This document shows, in pieces, positions 36,200 through 44,600 of a stretch of DNA of 48,000 nucleotides. A model generated the notes under the pieces. It had not been told where the DNA came from and made no database searches. It saw only the letters and a program-made list of their open reading frames with translations. This DNA is from Mastigocoleus sp. MO_188.B34 (GTDB lineage Bacteria; Cyanobacteriota; Cyanobacteriia; Cyanobacteriales; Nostocaceae), in assembly GCF_030065675.1 (NCBI RefSeq), contig NZ_JASJDK010000028.1, forward strand, positions 1 through 48,000, given 5' to 3'. The number at the start of each line of letters is the position of its first letter. Position 1 is the first letter of the stretch. The position numbers were made by a program, and so were the translations under genes.

Positions 36200-37662
36200 G
36201 CAAATACCATCCAAAAGACTAGGAGTAACATCAAACTCATGCCACCAATGAGGTGATCGAATTCTTCCTGTATGCGGGGAAGTTTGATCGCTGAACGTCG
36301 GAAAATCAAGAAATATGCTAACCAGCCAAGGGCAATTGTTACCAAGGGCTTGATGATATTCTTCACGGTGTATGCGTCGTAATATGCCACATTAGCCACA
36401 AAGAGACCGCCAAGCAAGATGACCATTGCTACCCAATAACCAAGTTTTGGCATTTCTCCCGTACTATTCTCTCCCCGAGCATGGGGCAAAAATATAAATT
36501 TGGCAAATGATATCGCTGTTCCAAGGGCTGCAATATTCATACCAATAACTTGCCAAGGTACTAAATTCTTCATTGTTAATACCTTTGCTCCAAAACCAGA
36601 TAGTAAAGGAAAACCCGATATGGAGAAACTGGCTATTACTAAAGCAATCCAGACTGGTGTAAGAATTGGCAAACTTCTAAGTTCTTTCAGGTTTCTGCTA
36701 GGTAAAGAACCTGCTGTGAGGAAAAGGGCTGATTTCACCAGACCATGGGTTAGGGCATAAAAACCACCAACCTGTGGTGCTGCAAGAACAAAGCCCAACT
36801 GGGAAACAGTATGGAACGCCAACATCCGTTTGGTGTCTTTTTCAAAAACAGCATAGCAAACCCCAAGAACTGCTGTACCAACTCCGAATATGCGGACAAT
36901 GGGGTCTACCTGCTCGAGCATCAAAGCACAACGTACCAAGGGATATACACCTGCTTTGACCACAACTCCCGATAGTAAGGCTGACACTGGCGACTCTGAT
37001 TCAGAGTGAGTCAAGGGTAACCACAACCCGGAAACAAAGATTCCCCCCTTTGTTAGTAGCCCCATAAATATTAGAGCCTGGGCCTCAATTGGCGATCTGC
37101 TCAGACCATCAAAAGCAAAGGAATTATTTGCTTGATAGACCAACACTGCACCTACCAGATAAAACAGCATAGCTGTGTTACTGACAAAGAGATAGCGCAA
37201 ACCAACCCAAATTGAGCGTCCGGTTCTGGGATAGGCAATCAAGAGAAACGCAGCAACACCGATTACCTCTAGTGCTACATACAAACTCATGAAATCAGCA
37301 CAGATAAACGCAGAATTAACGCTGCCATGCAGAATGGTACTCTGCATATAAAAAAAGGACGTTCTACCTGTGTTCCAGCAATATATAATGACTGCCGCGC
37401 TCACCAGAGCATTGGTCAAAATGAAATAACCACTCAATTGATCGATCGCTAATGTGACACCGAAATTATCTAGTAAATTTAGCGTCATTAACGATTGGTT
37501 ATAACCAAATCTTAGAGAACCATTGACAAATAATTGCAATGCATATGCTCCTGAAGCAAGAGCAGTGAATAATGCAAGATATCGGTCTAGTTTGGGGAGT
37601 AGATAAATGACAAACCCCAGACAGAATGGTAAGGCGATCCACGTAATTGTAATAGTAGTCAT
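36196..37662 (-). CDS. mrpD: Mrp/Mnh antiporter subunit D (NuoL/M/N-family proton-conducting subunit), copy 1
   Basis: 488 aa and polytopic, with WLPLTHSESESPVSALLSGVVVKAGVYPL. ATGA overlap with mrpC. Confidence 0.85.
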   Translation of the reverse strand: MTTITITWIALPFCLGFVIYLLPKLDRYLALFTALASGAYALQLFVNGSLRFGYNQSLMTLNLLDNFGVTLAIDQLSGYFILTNALVSAAVIIYCWNTGRTSFFYMQSTILHGSVNSAFICADFMSLYVALEVIGVAAFLLIAYPRTGRSIWVGLRYLFVSNTAMLFYLVGAVLVYQANNSFAFDGLSRSPIEAQALIFMGLLTKGGIFVSGLWLPLTHSESESPVSALLSGVVVKAGVYPLVRCALMLEQVDPIVRIFGVGTAVLGVCYAVFEKDTKRMLAFHTVSQLGFVLAAPQVGGFYALTHGLVKSALFLTAGSLPSRNLKELRSLPILTPVWIALVIASFSISGFPLLSGFGAKVLTMKNLVPWQVIGMNIAALGTAISFAKFIFLPHARGENSTGEMPKLGYWVAMVILLGGLFVANVAYYDAYTVKNIIKPLVTIALGWLAYFLIFRRSAIKLPRIQEEFDHLIGGMSLMLLLVFWMVFA

Positions 37663-37994
37663 GGGGTATTGTTCTTTTCGATCTCCTTGCTTTCCAATGT
37701 TGGATTATCCCGTGCTAGCTTCATGACACCAACTAGGATTAAGGCTTGAATAGAAAAGCCAATCACAATCGCTGTCAATATCACTGCTTGGGGAACTGGG
37801 TCCGCATAAGGGACATCTTTACTTGATGACAGTACGGGCGTGAATAAACCTTCTCGTGATGCGACCATCACGTAATAGCTAATCACTCCTGTACTCATGA
37901 CATCCATAGAGATGATTTTCATCACCAGATTTTTTTTCAGGATGATGCCAAAAAAACCGCACAATATAGTTGCAAATACACATGCTTCCAACAC
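37659..37994 (-). CDS. mrpC: Mrp/Mnh antiporter subunit C (NuoK-like)
   Basis: 111 aa with a GTG start at 37994. It has three helices, PQAVILTAIVIGFSIQALILV. Confidence 0.8.
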   Translation of the reverse strand: MLEACVFATILCGFFGIILKKNLVMKIISMDVMSTGVISYYVMVASREGLFTPVLSSSKDVPYADPVPQAVILTAIVIGFSIQALILVGVMKLARDNPTLESKEIEKNNTP

Positions 37995-38613
37995 GGGAAT
38001 TACCTATTGGCTAAGTAAGAGTTAGTTACAATTATACGTGAAATAGTACACAATTTCCGACAAGTTACTTGATTTATTGTGTGAGTTTTTACAAATTATT
38101 TGGGATTTATATATATTTATGACTTTTTTTCAAATGTCGCTTATAAAACAAAAATTAATGAAAATGTCTATCGAAATCATCCATTAACTTAGATAACAAT
38201 GAGAACACGAAAAATGAAAACATATTTTTAACTGAAAAAATGATTTTTATTGGTGTTATTATTAAATTAGTTTTGATGAAAAACATGCTTGTTTATTTGC
38301 AATTATTTTTTACTAATTGAAATTCTGTCAGAAATTTTACGAATAATCCAAAATACCTTGTCTAATTCTAATTAAGTGTTAGATTGCCATAAAATTAATT
38401 ATAGTTTTTTCAAGCTTTATAGACGACTTACACGAACAATCTCGTGCAATAATTGCCAGCAAATAAACAGTGAAATACCAATCATGAATCCTCCAAGCAT
38501 GTAATATTAGACTCGAACAATAATGTGTTTGGAGATATAGGTTTTTGACCTGTGGGTATGGGGCTAATGTATCAAATCTAATGATTTACATTTATTTTCT
38601 CTCAAAATATTTG

Positions 38614-38639
38614 TAGAGACGTTACGTGTAACGTCTCTA
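38614..38639. repeat. perfect 26-bp palindromic small dispersed repeat
   Basis: tagagacgttacgtgtaacgtctcta belongs to the same tagagacg family as 22496-22548. Confidence 0.6.
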
Positions 38640-38878
38640 GATACCAGCTTAAATTCAGACTTACTAGTAGTACTAATCTATCAACTCAAAGATAAAGAAT
38701 GACATAAGATAAGGTTTGTGGTAGTACGACCTCTTAAAGGATGTGCTGGTTTTGAGAAAAGTATTATCTTTTTTCTTTGGTGTTTAATGGTTAATACTTA
38801 ACTATAAACCAAGTCGAGTTAATCCGATAGAGTACTACAGTATTTTATTGGGTCGAAATCCTAAATTTAGTTTTTCGA

Positions 38879-40306
38879 TCATGCCAATATCATCCAGAAG
38901 AGTAGAACTAACATCAAACTCATACCACCTACAAGATGCTCAAACTGTTCGACCACAGAGGGTACCTTGAATTCAATGCGCCGAAAAATGAAAAAGTATG
39001 TCAGCCAGCCTCCACCAATAGTAGCAAGGGCTTTAGCTATATTAGTGACTGTATACGCCTGAAAGGTTCCGATATTTGCAGCCAACATTCCACTAATCAA
39101 TAGAGCCGCGGCAAACCAAAAACTGGGTCTAACCTTATCTTCCCCATTACTGGGCAAAAAGATAAATTTGGCATACACAACTGCTGTTCCCACTGCTGCA
39201 ATATTCATTACAATTTCTTGCCAGTACTGTAGATTCTTCATGGTCAGCATCTTGGCTCCAAAGCCGACTAGGAAGGGAAAACCAGATACAGAAAGGCTAG
39301 CAATAACTAAAGTAATCCAAAGCCATCTATTTGTTGGCTTTTCCTGGAGTTCTGTGAAGCTTCGACTGGGCAAAATACCAGCAATTAAGAAAATCGTCGC
39401 TTTTACCAATCCGTGGGCTAATGCATACAAACCACCTACAGCAGGTGCAGATAGGATAAAACCCAATTGGGAAATAGTGCTTAGGGCTAGGGTGCGTTTA
39501 GTATCTTTTTCAAAGATTGCATATAATGCTCCTAATAATGCTGTTCCGACTCCAAATATTCTAATGATGGGGTCTATCTCTTCTACAAGGAGTGCGCAAC
39601 GCAGCAGAGGGTAAACGCCTGCTTTGACTACAACTCCTGATAGTAAAGCTGATACAGGCGATTCTGATTCAGAATGGGTCAGTGGTAACCATAATCCCGA
39701 AACGAAGATTCCTCCTTTTGTTAACAGTCCCATTAAGATCAAAGCCTGGGCTTCGATTGGCGCGTTACCTAAACCTTCAAAAACAAATGAATTATTTGCT
39801 TGATATACAAGTAAAGCACCTACGAGATAAAACAGCATGGCTGTGTTGCTAATAAATAGATAGCGCAAGCCAACCCAAATGGATCTATCCGAACGAGGGT
39901 AGGTTATCAATAGAAATGCAGCAATACCTATAACTTCTAGAGCCACGTATAAACTGAGAAAATCCGCACATATAAAGGCGGAGTTAAGGCTACCATGGAG
40001 AAATATAGCCTGCATGTAAAAGAAAGCCGATCTACCCGTGTTCCAACAGTAAATAATAACCGCCGCAGTTACCAGAGCATTTGTCAATATAAAGTAACCA
40101 CTTAATCGGTCGACAGCTAAGGTGACGCCAAAATTATCGAGCAGTTGTAATCTCAGTGATTCTTGGTTGATGAGTATCTGCAAAGCATATGCGCCAGAGA
40201 CAAGTGTCATTCCTAACGCTAAAAATCTGTCGATTTTCGGGATCAGATAAATGACAAACCCCACAAACAAAGGTAGGGCAATCCATGTAATTGTAATATT
40301 ATTCAT
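38879..40306 (-). CDS. mrpD: Mrp/Mnh antiporter subunit D, duplicated copy 2
   Basis: 475 aa, collinear with copy 1 and highly similar by eye (identical blocks such as LDNFGVTLA, GYFILTNAL, IIYCWNTGR, GGIFVSGLWLPLTHSESESPVSALLSGVVVKAGVYPL). A 13-aa segment present near the N-terminus of copy 1 is absent here. Confidence 0.85.
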   Translation of the reverse strand: MNNITITWIALPLFVGFVIYLIPKIDRFLALGMTLVSGAYALQILINQESLRLQLLDNFGVTLAVDRLSGYFILTNALVTAAVIIYCWNTGRSAFFYMQAIFLHGSLNSAFICADFLSLYVALEVIGIAAFLLITYPRSDRSIWVGLRYLFISNTAMLFYLVGALLVYQANNSFVFEGLGNAPIEAQALILMGLLTKGGIFVSGLWLPLTHSESESPVSALLSGVVVKAGVYPLLRCALLVEEIDPIIRIFGVGTALLGALYAIFEKDTKRTLALSTISQLGFILSAPAVGGLYALAHGLVKATIFLIAGILPSRSFTELQEKPTNRWLWITLVIASLSVSGFPFLVGFGAKMLTMKNLQYWQEIVMNIAAVGTAVVYAKFIFLPSNGEDKVRPSFWFAAALLISGMLAANIGTFQAYTVTNIAKALATIGGGWLTYFFIFRRIEFKVPSVVEQFEHLVGGMSLMLVLLFWMILA

Positions 40307-40771
40307 GGGGTATTGTTATTTTCGAGTTCCTTAGTTTCCAATCTTGGATTATCCCGTGTCAATTTCATGACATGACAATTTTATTGTGCGAACGATTCAT
40401 TACCTGTTGATTTCATCAAATGATGATTGTGTGGTGCTATTGCTTCATAGTTGAATAACTTCATAGCATCAACAAAACTCAGAGCTTCGCTATAAAAGCC
40501 AAGGGAGTCGAGTTCGCTACCATCATAAGGATAATAAATGACTACCTGAAGAATTAAATCAGCATTACTGGGATTTTGAACATCTGACTTTTCATCACCT
40601 AAAATGAGTAGCGCGAACAAACCCTATGGTAATGCAATCAATAGGTATCAGCTAAGCAGCTTTTGACTTACAAAATTCATAGAAGTAATCGTCATGAACG
40701 GGCTCTTTTTCAGGATAACGCCAAAAAATTCGCACAATATTTGTAATTGCAAATACACATGCTTCTAACAC
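40303..40771 (-). pseudogene. mrpC pseudogene (ends retained, core replaced)
   Basis: 40303-40372 aligns with the 3' end of mrpC (VMKLTRDNPRLETKELENNNTP*, ATGA overlap kept). 40705-40771 aligns with the 5' end (VLEACVFA...), but the frame then runs into a stop. The ~330 bp between them is unrelated to the ~200-bp mrpC core. Confidence 0.6.
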
Positions 40772-41340
40772 GGGAATTACCTATGTCCTAAGTAAGAGTT
40801 AGTTACAATTATATGTTAAATGGTACACAGTTTATAACAATCAACCTGATTCATTGTATTATTTTTATAAATGATTTAGGTTTCATATACATTTATTAAG
40901 ATTTGCTAAATGTTGCTTATGAAACACAAAATCGTCAAAAAGTATAGCGAAAGTATCCATTGAAATTGGGTTATGATAGATTTTTGATCGAATAAATCAG
41001 GATTTTGCAAATATTTTATACTTATACTAATTATTAAAATTAAACTAAGTTTAATTAGAAATCAAACATTTATTAATCATTATTTTCTACTATTTGGATG
41101 CAAGTTAAAAAGTTTACAACGAACCGTAAGCTTTTAGTGAAATCCGTTCAATAATTATTATTCTCAGAGGGTTAATCATAACTTTTTGGGATTAATAGGC
41201 ATAGTTAAAATCCAAAAATTTGCCCAAAAATATCAGCAAATGGATTGCAAAATTCTACTTGTAAATCCTTGAATTAGTTATTGCAGCCTTTGATTAGCAG
41301 GTTTTTGCTCTTCCAAACAGTATGAATTTGATGCCAGATT

Positions 41341-41625
41341 TTGTCATTTCCATATATTTGGAATGGGAAAGCTACCCTGAAAACATTATTAATGTTTTGG
41401 GCTTCTATAACTCTGAGGTTGAAAGAAAGCATACCAGGGGATGAACATTATATTTTTATCTTCCAAGGTAATTCACAGCCCTTGCTTCGTATTTTAGTTC
41501 GCAATCATTTAGCAATGAAAAAATAGTTTGAGATTTTACATGTCAATTCTGAGTTTGCAAACACGAATCAAAGAGCAAGCGATCGCGATCCTTTAGTTAC
41601 ACGTTTATCAATTCCACCAGAAAAT
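41341..41625 (+). pseudogene. decayed C-terminal part of an endonuclease/exonuclease/phosphatase (EEP) domain, in frame with the downstream giant ORF
   Basis: The reading frame is the same as 41626..46983 (offset 285 nt). The translation ...EHYIFIFQGNSQPLLRILVRNHLAMKK*FEILHVNSEFANTNQRASDRDPLVTRLSIPPENM resembles the EEP/ExeM-NucH tail (Y.F.Gn.Q.LDHILvS......v.hvN.ef....rASDHDP). LDH has become LLR, SDH has become SDR, there is a TAG at 41524-41526, and an upstream TGA lies at 41329-41331. Confidence 0.5.
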
Positions 41626-44600
41626 ATGGATTCTAATCAAATTAAATTAAGTCAAATTGGTACATTTACCAGCAAAGAGGGTGCAGAAATCGTCGCCCAC
41701 GATCCGGAAACCCAGCGTTTATTTGTTACCACTGGGGATACCATTGAAGTCATAGATATCACAGATCCTGCGAAACCAAAAAAAGTAAGCGATATTGATG
41801 TCACTTCTATTGGTGGTGGTGCTAATAGTGTTGCGGTTAAAAACGGTATCGTTGCTGTAGCTGTTGAAGGAAATACCAAACAAGATAACGGTAAAGTTGT
41901 TTTTTACAATACAAATGGTGAACTTCAAAGTTCCGTTACAGTTGGTCCTCTTCCCGATATGCTTACCTTTACTCCTGATGGGATGAAGGTAATTGTAGCT
42001 AATGAGGGCGAACCGAACGATACATATGATAACGACCCAGAAGGTTCCATCAGCATTATTGATATTTCTGGTGAAGTTGGTAGTTTAACTGATGGAAATG
42101 TAAAGACCGCTGATTTCACAGCCTTTAACGATCGCAAGCAAGAGTTAATCAATAAAGGCGTCAAAATTTTTGGTCAAAGAGCAGATAAAACTCCTTCTAA
42201 AGTAGCCGAAGATTTAGAGCCAGAATACATTGCAATTTCTCCCGATGGTTCAACAGCGCTTGTTACTCTTCAAGAAAACAACGCCGTTGCAGTAGTAGAT
42301 ATTGCAACTGCTAATGTAGTTGATGTTTTACCTTTGGGTGTTAAAGACCACAGCAAAGGTCAACCCACAGTAACTAACTATGAAGTTCAAGGTTTGGGAC
42401 CAATCGCTAATGCTGACGGTCTACCCTTAGAGACTCCTGCTGGTCAAACAATCGACTTGGGTGGTATTTCTGGTCTATATTATGCAGGTCAAGAGGACGA
42501 TAAAATCAAATTCGTATCTGTTCCCGATCGCGGTCCTAACCCAGATACATTTAAGGAAGATAAGAATGGTGATGGTACAGAGGATACCGTTCGTCCCCTA
42601 GCATTACCTGATTACCAAGCTCGAATTGTCGAAATCGAGTTAGATACCACAACTGGTGTTGCTAGTGTTAGCAATCAGATTTTTCTCACTCGTAACGAAG
42701 ACGGTGTAAGCAAACCTATTACAGGTGCTCCTAACTTTGTTTTTGATGTTGATGGTAACCAAGTTGACGAGTTTCCAGTAGATGCTGCTGGTAATCCTGT
42801 TGAGCTGGATCCTTTTGGTGGAGACTTGGAAGGTATTGTCATCGATGGAGATGGTAACTACTGGATGGTTGACGAATATCGTCCTGCAATTTACCAGTTT
42901 GATTCTGATGGGGTTCTTTTAAATCGCTTTATTCCTGAAGGTACAGCAGCATTAGCAGGTCAAGCAGAAGGTGCATTCGGTACAGAAACCCTACCTGCAG
43001 AATATGCTAATCGTCGCCGCAACCGTGGTTTTGAAGCTATAGCTCTGGATACTGATGAAGAAATTCTCTACTCATTTATCCAAACTCCTTTAGCAAATCC
43101 AGATCGTGCAGCTTCTGATGCTTCCGATGTGATTCGCGTTTTGGGAATTAATCCTGTAACCGGCGAACCTGTTGCTGAGTATATTTGCTTACTCGAAGAC
43201 TCAGCAGTTCGTTCTGGTGGACGAGTTGATAAGATGGGTGATGCTGTTTACGTCGGTGATGGTAAATTCCAAGTTATCGAACGTGATTCAGCAGTTGGTG
43301 AAAATGCTAAGAAGTTTATTTTTGAGATTGACCTCAAAGGTGCTACTAATTTATTAGCTGATGATGCTCCCAGCTTAATAGCTGATAAGACTCTGGAACA
43401 ACACACAGCAGATGAATTAGTTGCTCAAGGTATTAATCCCGTCCATAAAACCAAGGTAACTAACCTACCTTCAATTGGTTATCAAGCAGGTGATAAGCCA
43501 GAAGGTTTAGCATTACTACCAGATGGTCGCTTAGCTGTTATTAACGATAACGACTTTGGACTTCTTGATGAAACTATTCCTGAAGATGGTTCTGGAACAG
43601 TTGCAATCAATCCTAATCCCACCAAAACAATATTGGGATTAATTGAATTTCCTGAAGGTAATAAACTCGATGCTAGTAACCGGGATGTAGATGGTAGTAA
43701 AGATGCTGGTGGTAAGATAAACATCCAGAATCACCCAGTTTTCGGTTTATATCAACCCGATGCGATTGATAGTTTTGAAGTTGGTGGTAAGACTTACTAC
43801 ATCACTGCAAACGAAGGTGATGCTCGTATCCGTCCTGATGGAGATGATATTCTACCTCCTCCGAATGACAAAGAAGGAAACATTTTCAACGAAGAAGCAC
43901 GAATTGGTGATGATGAAGTAACTCTCGATCCAGATGTTTTCCCCAATGCTGAGGAACTGAAAAAAAATGAAAATCTCGGTCGTCTGAAAATTACCAATAG
44001 GTTAGGTGATCTAGACAGTGATGGTGACTTTGATAAATTATTCAGCTATGGTGGTCGTTCCTTCTCTATCTGGGATGAAGTTGGTAACTTAGTATTTGAT
44101 AGCGGCGACCAAATCGCTAAAATTACTGCGGAACAAACTCCAGAGTTATTCAATGCTAACGATGGAATTGCAGAAGAGTTTGACGAACGTTCTGATGATA
44201 AAGGTGCTGAACCCGAATCTGTAACTGTCGGTAAAATTAACGGTAAACCTTATGGTTTCGTTGGTTTAGAGCGTGCTGGTGGTGGAGTACTAGTTTACGA
44301 CCTAAGCAATCCTACTGCACCTAAATTTGTCCAGTATGTTCGTACCGAAGGCGATATTGCTCCCGAAGGATTGAAATTTATCCCCGCTTCTGAAAGTCCA
44401 AATGGAAATCCTGTGTTAGCGGTTGCTAATGAAGAAAGCAAAACCACTACACTTTACGATATTGAAGTTCCTAACTACACTTTGCAAATTCTCCACGCTT
44501 CTGATTTAGAGGGTGGTGTAGATGCAATTGACAGTGCTGCAAACTTCGCTGCGATAGTTGATAAATTCGAAGACGAAGTTGAAAACAGCATTACCCTTTC

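Noticed and set aside
39168-39614. 148-aa plus-strand ORF inside mrpD copy 2, and 36500-36760 / 36774-36959 inside copy 1
   Set aside because: They are antisense to well-supported polytopic membrane protein genes. The same artefact appears in both duplicated copies.
40381-40620. 79-aa ORF as a real gene
   Set aside because: It is TTG-initiated and sits inside the replaced core of the mrpC pseudogene. It is more likely a fragment of foreign or decayed sequence and is kept only as a note.
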